Origin: an uncultured cyanobacterium
GTDB lineage: Bacteria > Cyanobacteriota > Cyanobacteriia > Cyanobacteriales > CAWCAG01
Assembly: GCA_963793425.1 (NCBI GenBank)
Contig: CAWCAG010000007.1
Span: 704,001 to 768,000, forward strand
Direction of reading: 5' to 3'
DNA length: 64,000 nt
Under the pieces are notes generated by a model. That model searched no databases and had not been told where the DNA came from. It saw only the letters and a list, made by a program, of their open reading frames with translations. The translations under genes and the position numbers were made by a program. Every line of letters begins with the position of its first letter. Position 1 is the first letter of the stretch. Positions 52,063 through 61,333 of the stretch are shown here, piece after piece.

Positions 52063-54171
52063 CTAAATAGTAAATACTACTCCCGCACTTTCTTGAGAAA
52101 CTCTATTAACAGCACAAACAGCATAAGTACCAGAATTTAACTTGATTTCAGTAATTTGTAATGGTAAAGTTTGCTCTAATTTCCAATTGCCAGAAACTTG
52201 TTGATAAAGAGTCCAACCTTTTAAGTTTTGTGTGCCTCGATTCCAACTAACTCTACCATCTTCTACCTTAACTCCTGTAGGAATTTCGGGGGGAGTTAAC
52301 TTAGTATCTGGTAAAACAGGAACTAAGGTAGGTTGAGCATAAATAGCTGTTTGAAAACGGTCATTGACTCCTTGCAAATTCCTGGCAAAGGGTTTCATGT
52401 TGTAGTAAATATTCCCTGTAGCTTTTTGCAGAAAAAAGTCACGAGTAAGCTTGATTTGCTGTTCAATTTCTGTTACTGACCAAGCATTACCTTCTAACTT
52501 CGCCAGGTTATTACCCACATAAATATCTTTACCTCTGGGGTTATTTTCCGTCCACCATTTTAATAATACCGGATAGCTTTGTTGTCTTTGGGCAATTGAC
52601 CAATAGAGTTGCGGGGCAATATAATCTACCCAGCCTTCTGCAAGCCATTTTTTCGGGTCTGCATAAAGATCACCAAACTGATCTAGCCCGCTAATACCGG
52701 GAGGTTGTCCGGGACGATAGATGCCAAAAGGACTAATACCAAACCGGATATGAGGTTTGGCAGCGTGGATGCCCTCTCCAAGGCGTTTAACCATTTGGTT
52801 GACATTATCCCTACGCCAATCATCCCTAGATAAATTTCCCCCCTTGCCTTTGTAGGTGTTGTAGCTGTTATCGTCGGGGAAAGGTTTGCCGGAAATGGGA
52901 TAGGGATAAAAATAATCGTCTAAATGAATGCCATCCACATCATAACGTTGCACCACATCGATAATCACATTGTAGGTACGATCTTGCACTACCTTCAAAC
53001 CTGGGTCCATCCAACGTTGAGTTCCGTACTGATAAACTGCGCTAGGATAAACTGCATCGAGGTGTGGTTTAACATTAGGGGAAGTTTGAGAAGAAGTTTT
53101 AGCCCGGTAGGGGTTAAACCAAGCATGAATTTCAATACCCCGTTTGTGACCTTCTGCTACAGCGAATTCTAAGGGGTCATAATAGGGATTAGGGGCTTTA
53201 CCTTGAGTCCCCGTTAACCAAGCACTCCAGGGTTCTAATTGGGAGGCATAGAAGGCATCTCCCTCCGGACGTATTTGGAGAATGAGGGCGTTGAGATTGA
53301 GGCTATCGAGGCGATCTAGGATCGTAATTAATTCTTGCTTTTGTTCATTACTAGAAAGTCCTCGTTGAGAAGGCCAGTTGATATTCCAAATACCTGCAAC
53401 CCAAACCCCACGAAACTCCCGGCGATGTTGCAATTTAACGGTTTGGGGTAGGGGCTTTTTTGGGGGATAGGTAACAATCAAATCTGAGTTAATTGTGGGT
53501 ACGCCCCCCGCCAGGGTTAAAGCTTGGTAAATAAAAGCAACAACTTCGGCCCTCGTTGCTGGGGAATTAGGTTTGAGATTTTGTTGCCCTTGCCCATCTA
53601 CCACTAAACCTTTTAATGTGGCGATCGCAACTTGCTTTTTGGCGTAGTCAGGAATTTCTGTCCAATCTTGATAAACTTGCCATAACTGCACATCTTCTGC
53701 CCCAGCAGCTTGAATTCCTAAACCATTAACTAAAGAGAGAATTATTTGTACTGCCGTAACGGGTTCATTGGGACGAAATTCTTCTCCAGGGAAACCAGAA
53801 ATAAAACCCATCTCATAAGCTTTTTCGATGCCAGGTACAGCCCAATAACCGACAGGTACATCCTTGAAAGTAATCTTCTCTCGCTTACGGGGTAAACTAA
53901 AAGCAGTTCCCACCACCGCCGCAAATTGCGCCCGACTCATGGTTGCATCAGGGCGAAATGTACCATCAGGAAAGCCGTTAACAATTCTTTTTTTGGCCAA
54001 CCCTTCTATAAAAGGTTTTCCCCAATGATTCGCCAGATCCGAAAAAGTTCTTGGGGGAATATCTTCAATAATAATGGTAACTTTATGTTCCCCTGGGGGC
54101 AAACCCGGAGGCCATTGTACTGTTACCTTACCATCGGCACTAACAATAGCTTTTGTTTCAATAGTTCTCAT
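52063..54171 (-). CDS. SLH-domain protein with family-10-like (GHL10, YddW/DigH-type) glycoside hydrolase domain
   Basis: SLH repeats (FSD...HW, GFPDGTFRP, ATRAEV), REFRGVWVA..WNINWP, YDVDGIHLDDYFYPYP, DYIAPQLYW. Confidence 0.92.
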   Translation of the reverse strand: MRTIETKAIVSADGKVTVQWPPGLPPGEHKVTIIIEDIPPRTFSDLANHWGKPFIEGLAKKRIVNGFPDGTFRPDATMSRAQFAAVVGTAFSLPRKREKITFKDVPVGYWAVPGIEKAYEMGFISGFPGEEFRPNEPVTAVQIILSLVNGLGIQAAGAEDVQLWQVYQDWTEIPDYAKKQVAIATLKGLVVDGQGQQNLKPNSPATRAEVVAFIYQALTLAGGVPTINSDLIVTYPPKKPLPQTVKLQHRREFRGVWVAGIWNINWPSQRGLSSNEQKQELITILDRLDSLNLNALILQIRPEGDAFYASQLEPWSAWLTGTQGKAPNPYYDPLEFAVAEGHKRGIEIHAWFNPYRAKTSSQTSPNVKPHLDAVYPSAVYQYGTQRWMDPGLKVVQDRTYNVIIDVVQRYDVDGIHLDDYFYPYPISGKPFPDDNSYNTYKGKGGNLSRDDWRRDNVNQMVKRLGEGIHAAKPHIRFGISPFGIYRPGQPPGISGLDQFGDLYADPKKWLAEGWVDYIAPQLYWSIAQRQQSYPVLLKWWTENNPRGKDIYVGNNLAKLEGNAWSVTEIEQQIKLTRDFFLQKATGNIYYNMKPFARNLQGVNDRFQTAIYAQPTLVPVLPDTKLTPPEIPTGVKVEDGRVSWNRGTQNLKGWTLYQQVSGNWKLEQTLPLQITEIKLNSGTYAVCAVNRVSQESAGVVFTI

Positions 54172-54257
54172 TTCATTTAACATTTAACGTTTAACATTTA
54201 TCAACGTAGGGGCAACCTGTTTTTCCCGTATCATCAACAAACTCATTTCCTTAATTA

Positions 54258-55583
54258 ATGAATAACAACAAAAAACAAATCTTCGGTTGGGTAATGTACG
54301 ATTGGGCTAACTCTGCCTATGTTACTACGGTATTAGTTGCTGTACTACCTGCTTATTTCGCCTCTGTAGTAGTTCCCGAAGGTGGAGTAACTATTGGCAA
54401 TACTGTCTATAGTGCTACTAGTCTTTGGGCTTTAGCGATTAGTTTTTCTGCTTTTTTGGTTTTACTTATTGCTCCAATTATGGGGGCGATCGCAGATTTT
54501 TCTGCGGTGAAAAAGAAGTTTTTACTAGCTTTTTGTTATCTTGGCAGTTTAGCTGCTTGTTTACTTTTTTTCTCCGGTGCAGGAGATGTTTGGCAAACTT
54601 TAGGCTTATTTATTATTGCCCAAATTGGCTTTGTTGCGGCCAACATTTTTTATGATGCTTTTTTACCAGAAATTGTTGCTGAAGATAAAATAGACTGGGT
54701 TTCTGGCCAAGGTTTTGCTTGTGGTTACATAGGAGGAGGTTTACAGTTTGCCCTTTCATTAGCATTAATTTCTCTCCATGAACAAATTGGTATTTCTGCT
54801 GCTTTAGCAGCTAAGTTAGCTATTTTGATGGCAGGTTTATGGTGGGGAGGTTTTGCTGTCATAACTTTTCTTTATTTAAAAGAATCTCCTACCGGCCAAA
54901 GTTTACCCCAAGAATATCGCAACTCTCCTAAATGGCAAGCTTATACCAAAGTTGGTTTATTACGAACTTTGGTAACTTTAAAAAAGGTCAAATTATTCAA
55001 ACATCTACTCTTATTTCTCATCGCCTATCTTATTTATAACAATGGTATCCAAACTGTTATCACTATGGCAACTATTTATGGTACAGAAGAATTAGGCTTT
55101 ACTACCAATGTCTTGATGGTAACGCTTCTAGTAATTCAGTTCGTTAGTATTATTGGAGCATTAGCTTTTAGTAAGCTAGCAGAATTTATTTCAGCAAAAA
55201 ATGCTTTAATGGTAACTTTGGTTGGTTGGTCATTTGTTGTTATCTATGCCTATTTCTTACAAACTCCCACCGAGTACTTTATTTTAGGAGGAATAGTTGG
55301 TTTAGTGCAGGGTGGTTCCCAATCCTTAAGTCGTTCTTTTTATGGTTCCTTGATTCCTCCTCAAGCTTCGGCAGAGTTTTATGGTTTTTATTCTGTATTT
55401 AATAAAGGTTCAGCTATTTTTGGCCCTTTATTGTTCGCTATTATTCGTCAGGTTACAGGTAGATCAAGAACTGCAATTATTTCTTTAATTGTTTTCTTTA
55501 TCCTAGGTTTGCTTCTTCTCGGTTTAGTTGATGTCAAAAAAGCTAGAGAAGCGAAGGACTCACCTTTATTTAGGAAGGCTTAA
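54258..55583 (+). CDS. MFS transporter (UMF1/ATG22-like)
   Basis: WVMYDWANS, FYDAFLP, QSLSRS, EFYGFY; about 12 TM segments. Confidence 0.9.
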   Translation: MNNNKKQIFGWVMYDWANSAYVTTVLVAVLPAYFASVVVPEGGVTIGNTVYSATSLWALAISFSAFLVLLIAPIMGAIADFSAVKKKFLLAFCYLGSLAACLLFFSGAGDVWQTLGLFIIAQIGFVAANIFYDAFLPEIVAEDKIDWVSGQGFACGYIGGGLQFALSLALISLHEQIGISAALAAKLAILMAGLWWGGFAVITFLYLKESPTGQSLPQEYRNSPKWQAYTKVGLLRTLVTLKKVKLFKHLLLFLIAYLIYNNGIQTVITMATIYGTEELGFTTNVLMVTLLVIQFVSIIGALAFSKLAEFISAKNALMVTLVGWSFVVIYAYFLQTPTEYFILGGIVGLVQGGSQSLSRSFYGSLIPPQASAEFYGFYSVFNKGSAIFGPLLFAIIRQVTGRSRTAIISLIVFFILGLLLLGLVDVKKAREAKDSPLFRKA

Positions 55584-55709
55584 AATTTCTTATGCTTCAA
55601 AGATTAATAGATATTCCTAATACTTTAGCAAGTAGAGTAGATCATGTTCGCTTGAGTTCATGTTACCTAATATATTTTCCCTGACTTTGCGATCGCTCAA
55701 TAATAATCT

Positions 55710-56252
55710 TCAATTATGAGGGGAGTTTGAATAGCTAACTTGATAATGTAGCAAAACCACACCATTTTCATAAATTTTACTCTCAGTCAACTCTAAAGTA
55801 GTTTGCTTAACAACCCCAGAAAAAAGAGGAATACCTGAACCCATAATAAAAGGATTGATTTTCAAAACTATCTGATCAACTAATCCTTCTGTAAATAAAC
55901 TTGTTGCTAACTTTGCACCACCGCAAAGATAAATATCCTTGCCAGCTTTTTGCTTTAAACTTCTTACCATATTGGCAAATTTTTCCGAGACAATCTCCAC
56001 TTTAGGGTCAGGACTTGACCTCATTGTACGAGAAAAAACATAACTCTTCATGGTAGGGTAAGGATTAGTTTTACCTTCTTTCAAACCCATCTCATAAGTT
56101 TTTCGCCCCATCAAAACAGTATCAAACTGCTTTAGAGATTCGATGTAATCAGTAACAGGTTTCCCTTCAAAGAGAAAACCATCCCAGGAACCATCTTCAT
56201 GGGCTATAAAGCCATCAACACTACAGGCAACGTAATATTTTAATTTGCACAT
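55710..56252 (-). CDS. Dihydrofolate reductase family (RibD C-terminal-like) protein
   Basis: YVACSVDGFIA, LMGRKTYE, DIYLCGGA.LA, P..MGSGIPLF. Confidence 0.9.
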   Translation of the reverse strand: MCKLKYYVACSVDGFIAHEDGSWDGFLFEGKPVTDYIESLKQFDTVLMGRKTYEMGLKEGKTNPYPTMKSYVFSRTMRSSPDPKVEIVSEKFANMVRSLKQKAGKDIYLCGGAKLATSLFTEGLVDQIVLKINPFIMGSGIPLFSGVVKQTTLELTESKIYENGVVLLHYQVSYSNSPHN

Positions 56253-56325
56253 TTTCTTGATTTCGTTATATTTTTTAATTATCTCCAAAATTTAAAACAC
56301 ATTACACCCTTCGCAAAGATAATTA

Positions 56326-56946
56326 ATGACTACCGTCAATCCTTGGATATACTCCCTGATCTTACCTATTCATCGCGTTTTTATTGCTCTTTACTTCGGT
56401 CAAATTCGTATTATTGGTGAAGAGAATTTACCTGTTAATGGCCCTGTCGTACTTGCCCCGAAACATTACAGTCGTTACGACCCTTTAATCGTATCTTGTT
56501 TAAGTACAGAACCTCTTTATTATATGACCCATCACCACGAATTTGAAGAGTCCTATAGTTGGCTTTTAGAAAGATTAGGTGCATTTCCCGTCAACAGGGA
56601 AAAACCTTCTATTTCTAGTTTACGTTTACCCATAGAACTATTACAAGCAAAGAAAAAGTTGGTAGTTTTTCCTGAAGGCGGTATTGTCCGCGACCAACCT
56701 GTGAGAAAATTAAAATCAGGTTTAGCTCGCTTGGTTATGCAAGCAGAAACTTTAGCTCAAGATGATTTAACTATCCCTATTGTTCCTATCGGTTTAAGCT
56801 ACAAACCAGAAGCAGAAAAAGGAGCTAAGGTAATCATTAAAATTGCCCCTTCTTTGTTGATTGAAGAGTATCGTCAAGGGAAAGATAAAGAAACTGCTTC
56901 GGCGTTGACTCAGGCTTTAGAGGCAGCTTTGTTGGCTAATTGTTAA
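56326..56946 (+). CDS. Lysophospholipid acyltransferase family protein
   Basis: HxxxxD (KHYSRYD), LGAFPVNR, VFPEGG, PIVPIG. Confidence 0.9.
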   Translation: MTTVNPWIYSLILPIHRVFIALYFGQIRIIGEENLPVNGPVVLAPKHYSRYDPLIVSCLSTEPLYYMTHHHEFEESYSWLLERLGAFPVNREKPSISSLRLPIELLQAKKKLVVFPEGGIVRDQPVRKLKSGLARLVMQAETLAQDDLTIPIVPIGLSYKPEAEKGAKVIIKIAPSLLIEEYRQGKDKETASALTQALEAALLANC

Positions 56947-56973
56947 TTAATGTTTTTGAAAGATAATGAAGGG

Positions 56974-57084
56974 TCTAGTGGTCTGTCAATCTCGATAATA
57001 TGGGTTACTCGCTTTTTTATACCTTGTCCTAAAAGAGTTTTAGAGATTGTTAACGCACAAAAGCAAAAATGACAGACCACTAGA
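56974..57084. mobile_element. 111-bp MITE-like element
   Basis: Perfect 15-bp terminal inverted repeats TCTAGTGGTCTGTCA / TGACAGACCACTAGA, with CTAG at both ends and an AT-rich interior. Confidence 0.75.
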
Positions 57085-57196
57085 AGATAGGATAAAAGCA
57101 GGCTATAAAACGGAAAACCCTTGTTCCACACAAGTTATCGCTAATTTTGCCTATAATGAAGTTCCAAGTTAGGTTAAAATAGAATTAGGTTAAAGG

Positions 57197-58012
57197 ATGC
57201 GATCGCTGATGAAACTGCCTGACTATGAGCGAGTAATTTATAAGCGTAACCCATTGATAGAGGTTGTGTGTCAAGTTCGCTTTCCTACTATTTTGAAAAT
57301 TAGTAATCAAGATCCTGTTGAATTTCAAGATAGAGTACGTTTTGAATATCCTCTGTATGAAGTCCACAAATCTGTTAGTATTCCAGGAAATCAAAATGAG
57401 ATACTTCAGTTAGTTCAAAAAATAGGTTTACCTTTAAACTTTCAAGACACTACTTACAATTTCAGATCGGAAGATTCAAAGTGGCAAGTGTCATTAAATA
57501 AAGACTTTATTGCTCTAGCAACGACTAAATATGAAAGGTACGAAATATTCAAAGAAAAACTTCAAGAGGTAATAACAGTTTTTGATGACACATACAAGCC
57601 ATCTTTCTATTCAAGAGTTGATTTAAAGTACCAAGATTTAATTATTCGCTCTAACCTTAAACTCGACCAAAAGACAGACTGGAAATATTTAATTCCAGAG
57701 CATATTGCTCCTGAGTTTTATACACCAGAAATAGCGGACTCAGTAAAGGCATTTATGAAAAATGTGGAAATCGATGTTGAGTATGGTAGATTGCAATTTA
57801 AGCATGGCTTGGTGATGACACAAGATCCTGAAAAGGGAAAAAGCGAACCTGGATATTTGCTTGATGCTGATTTTTTTGTAGACCAAAAAACAAGGAGAGA
57901 AGATGTTTGGAATGTCCTCGATAAATTCAAGGAATCAGCAGGAAGATTGTTTAAATGGAGTATTACCGACAAACTCCATAATGCAATGGAACCCGAATCA
58001 ATCCACTCCTAA
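57197..58012 (+). CDS. TIGR04255-like sporadically distributed protein
   Basis: Y.RNPLIEVVCQVRFP, F.SED..W.V.L..DFIAL.T..Y.RYE.F, R..L.Y.D, YLLD.DFF, F.WSIT..L. The start may be the ATG at 57209. Confidence 0.8.
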   Translation: MRSLMKLPDYERVIYKRNPLIEVVCQVRFPTILKISNQDPVEFQDRVRFEYPLYEVHKSVSIPGNQNEILQLVQKIGLPLNFQDTTYNFRSEDSKWQVSLNKDFIALATTKYERYEIFKEKLQEVITVFDDTYKPSFYSRVDLKYQDLIIRSNLKLDQKTDWKYLIPEHIAPEFYTPEIADSVKAFMKNVEIDVEYGRLQFKHGLVMTQDPEKGKSEPGYLLDADFFVDQKTRREDVWNVLDKFKESAGRLFKWSITDKLHNAMEPESIHS

Positions 58013-58355
58013 ACTAGACAGACTGAAACTAAGCCAAGGCGATATCTCTATTGTAGTCAGGCATTCATACAGTGAGCCTGAGCAACAAGCAATATCACCT
58101 ACGTTAGAAGTGAAGTTTTCCTACGAGAATTCAACAGAGTGTTTTGACTTTCTGAAATGTTTTCTTTTGCTTATTAAAATCACTCAACTTCCTTCGGAAG
58201 CAATTCAGGAATCTATAGAAACTTTAGAACAAATTGCAGATTTTTATAGCTATGATTCTTCTGAAGATTTATCATCAATAGTTACTTCAGAAATAGTATC
58301 AGGTGAAATTGTTACTACGGAAACTAAATCTCCCTTAGTTTTAAGTTGGGATTAA
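57981..58355 (+). CDS. Small acidic hypothetical protein (about 124 aa), overlapping the end of the TIGR04255-like gene
   Basis: ATG at 57981 in the frame of the track ORF 57903..58355; helical core LP.EAIQE..E.L..I.DFY and acidic tail ending SPLVLSWD. Confidence 0.65.
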   Translation: MQWNPNQSTPKLDRLKLSQGDISIVVRHSYSEPEQQAISPTLEVKFSYENSTECFDFLKCFLLLIKITQLPSEAIQESIETLEQIADFYSYDSSEDLSSIVTSEIVSGEIVTTETKSPLVLSWD

Positions 58356-58362
58356 TTTATTC

Positions 58363-58971
58363 ATGTCAGCAGATTTAATTTATAGGGTTTCTACTAAGGA
58401 ATCAGCACTAAGACAGGGAGAAATCTTAACAGGAGTAGTTCAATACAAACCTAAAATCGACCAGATAAATACTTCTGGATCAAGTAACATACCTTTTCAA
58501 AAGATAGTCCATCCTTATGCAATTATCGTCAGCCAAGACTGCGATTTAGATTGGGATTACGATGCTAGGCGCAATACCAAAGAAGATAAGTCTAAAGAAC
58601 ATAAACGACTTAACTCAATACTCCTATGTGAAGTTGATACAGCCAAAGCCATTAAAGACAACAAAAACAACAATATAAATAGTAAAGACTGGAACTATAT
58701 TAAGACAAATCGTCATCAGAGATATCATTTTTTTCAAGCAGTTACTTCAGAAATTGACTTAGACAAAAAAGGGTTACCAGAACTAACTTCGGATTCTAAG
58801 CAAGTCTTTGGAATAGACGCGGAGAACCTTTACTCTCAAATTAGAAACGGTCTGTCTAAACGACGGAGTATCCTTATAAGTCCTTATTTGGAACATTTCT
58901 CTGTCCGCTATCATTTCTTTCATCAAAGAGTAGCTTTGCCATCACCGATTACAAGTATTAAAGAAGGTTGA
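58363..58971 (+). CDS. Hypothetical protein with PemK/MazF-like motif order
   Basis: LRQGEIL...PYAIIVSQDCDL...ILLCEV...D.KQVFGID...L.SPY.EHF...RVALP; starts 7 nt after the previous stop. Confidence 0.65.
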   Translation: MSADLIYRVSTKESALRQGEILTGVVQYKPKIDQINTSGSSNIPFQKIVHPYAIIVSQDCDLDWDYDARRNTKEDKSKEHKRLNSILLCEVDTAKAIKDNKNNNINSKDWNYIKTNRHQRYHFFQAVTSEIDLDKKGLPELTSDSKQVFGIDAENLYSQIRNGLSKRRSILISPYLEHFSVRYHFFHQRVALPSPITSIKEG

Positions 58972-59059
58972 CATAGTTACCCGGAGTAATACTCCATTGT
59001 CAGAATAGTAAAGGGTCATTATTGTTGAATAAGTATCAAATTTCTATATTGTAAAAAAT

Positions 59060-60406
59060 ATGTCCCTATTAAGTAGATTGCGTTTAGGTTTAGCCGTTGG
59101 TATTGCTAAAACTGTCACTTCCTTAGTAAGGTTATTAAACTTAGGTGCAGCGAGTGTCTTACCGGGTGAAATTGCCCTGCGTATTCAACCCAAACTACTT
59201 TCTAAACTTTGTGATCAAGTCAAAGAAGGAGTTATCCTCGTTGTTGGCACTAACGGCAAAACTACTACTTCCCTGCTGTTACGCACTCTCATTGAAAGTC
59301 AAGGTTACAAGGTAGTTCACAATGAAACTGGCGCTAACTTAATTAATGGTTTGGCTACTGCTTTGTTAGGAAATAGTAACTTAATGGGGAATTTGCAAGC
59401 AGATTACGCCATTTTAGAAGTGGATGAGAATATTTTACCGATTATTTTGCGTTCCTGTGAACCTAAATATATTCTGGCCTTAAATTTGTTTCGAGATCAA
59501 TTAGATCGTTACGGGGAAGTAGACAGTATTAGCCATCGCTGGCAAAAAGCGATTACACCTTTATCTTCTAATACTACCGTAGTTCTTAATGGCGATGACC
59601 CCACTCTTTCCTATTTAGGGCAAAATTTAGCACAAAAAGTCCTCTTTTTTGGCTTAAGTGAACCAAAATTTTATCTTGATGAAATTCCCCATGCGGTAGA
59701 TTCAATTTATTGTCCCAGTTGTGGTGCTTCTTTAGAATATGAAGGAGTTTATCTTTCTCATTTAGGAGAATATAAATGTCCTAGTTGCGACTTTGCTAAA
59801 AGTAAACCTGCTATTAATAGTCAAGATTGGCCACAAATTCTCATCGGTGTTTACAACAAATACAATACCTTAGCCGCCGGATTATTGGCCCAAGAAATTG
59901 GTATTGAAACCAAAGAAATTTACAAGGTTGTTAAAGATTTCCGTGCCGCTTTTGGACGTGCCGAAGAATTAACAGTTAAAGGCAAAAAGGTGAGAATTCT
60001 ACTCTCTAAAAACCCTGTCGGTATGAATGAAACCATCCGGGCGGTTAATGATGTTAAAGCAGCAGGAAAATCCTCCACAACTTTGATGGTACTTAATGAT
60101 CGCATCCCCGATGGTACTGATGTTTCTTGGATTTGGGATGTAGATACAGAAAAGTTAGTTTCTTTGGGGGGAAATATTGTCGTTAGCGGCGATCGCATCT
60201 ACGATATGGCTTTAAGAATTAAGTATAGTCAAGAAAAGTTAGACCCAGAAGGGAAAGATTTACAACTTATTATGGAAGAAAACTTAGCCACAGCCATTGA
60301 TAAATCCTTGAATCTAACTTCCCCTGAAGAAACTCTACATATTGTACCCACTTACTCAGCAATGCTGGAAGTGAGAAAGTTATTAACAGGAAGAGAAATA
60401 CTTTAA
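59060..60406 (+). CDS. murT: MurT-type Mur ligase (DUF1727 C-terminus)
   Basis: GTNGKTTT, GANL..G, EVDE, NLFRDQLDRYGE, CxxC zinc knuckles, KNPVG, DVSWIWDVD, TYSAML. Confidence 0.88.
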   Translation: MSLLSRLRLGLAVGIAKTVTSLVRLLNLGAASVLPGEIALRIQPKLLSKLCDQVKEGVILVVGTNGKTTTSLLLRTLIESQGYKVVHNETGANLINGLATALLGNSNLMGNLQADYAILEVDENILPIILRSCEPKYILALNLFRDQLDRYGEVDSISHRWQKAITPLSSNTTVVLNGDDPTLSYLGQNLAQKVLFFGLSEPKFYLDEIPHAVDSIYCPSCGASLEYEGVYLSHLGEYKCPSCDFAKSKPAINSQDWPQILIGVYNKYNTLAAGLLAQEIGIETKEIYKVVKDFRAAFGRAEELTVKGKKVRILLSKNPVGMNETIRAVNDVKAAGKSSTTLMVLNDRIPDGTDVSWIWDVDTEKLVSLGGNIVVSGDRIYDMALRIKYSQEKLDPEGKDLQLIMEENLATAIDKSLNLTSPEETLHIVPTYSAMLEVRKLLTGREIL

Positions 60407-60407
60407 A

Positions 60408-61313
60408 TCAATGATCAGCTATCGATTTTCTAGCTAAATTGATTAAGAAAGCTGTAATAGTCACAGCAGCTACTAATAATATAAATGTCACCACTACTAA
60501 TGCCGCACCATAACCAAAATCAAGGTAGCGCATAATTGTTGAATAAATATAAATAGAAACAGTTTCTGTTGCCCCGGCTGGCCCTCCTCCTGTCATCACT
60601 TGTACTAGGTCAAAAATACCAAATGATTGGGCAAATCTAAACAGTAAAGCAATGAGAATTTGTGGCATAATTAAAGGTACAGTAATTTGCCAAAAACTCT
60701 GCCAAGGAGTTGCCCCATCAATAGAATGAGCCTCGTATAAATCTCCAGAAATTGATTGTAATCCGGCTAAAAGCAAAATACTAATAAAAGGTGTTGTTTT
60801 CCAAACATCAGCAATAACTAAAGCTAACATCGCTAAAGTAGGATTGCCTAACCAACTAATTCCTTCCTCAATTAATCCTAAGCGAAAAAGAAGATCATTA
60901 ACAATACCAAATTGGTCATTGAAAATCCAAGCCCAAGCTAAACCCATAACCGCAGTGGGTAAAGCCCAAGGAATAATTGAAATGGTACGAACAATTCCCC
61001 TACCCTTAAAAGATTGATTTAAAACTAAGGCAACTCCCATTCCCAAAATCAATTCAATGGTTACACTAGCTAAGGTAAAGATGCTAGTATTCCACATACT
61101 TTGCCAAAAACGCCCATCCCCAACCATACGAAAATAGTTAGTTAAACCCGCAAAAACTGGCTGTAATTGCGTACCAAGATTTTCAGTAAATAAGCTTAAC
61201 CAAAAAGCGCGACCAATGGGATAAGCAAATACTAAAAAAAGCAAAATTAAGGCAGGAATAACTAACATCCAACCTATTCTTTGTTCCCTTTCACGAATAA
61301 TATCTCGTGCCAT
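60408..61313 (-). CDS. Carbohydrate ABC transporter permease
   Basis: DVWKTTPF..ILLLAGLQ.I..DLYEA..IDGA..WQ.F (EAA loop). Confidence 0.93.
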   Translation of the reverse strand: MARDIIREREQRIGWMLVIPALILLFLVFAYPIGRAFWLSLFTENLGTQLQPVFAGLTNYFRMVGDGRFWQSMWNTSIFTLASVTIELILGMGVALVLNQSFKGRGIVRTISIIPWALPTAVMGLAWAWIFNDQFGIVNDLLFRLGLIEEGISWLGNPTLAMLALVIADVWKTTPFISILLLAGLQSISGDLYEAHSIDGATPWQSFWQITVPLIMPQILIALLFRFAQSFGIFDLVQVMTGGGPAGATETVSIYIYSTIMRYLDFGYGAALVVVTFILLVAAVTITAFLINLARKSIADH

Positions 61314-61333
61314 TTCTCACCTGTTATCTACTA

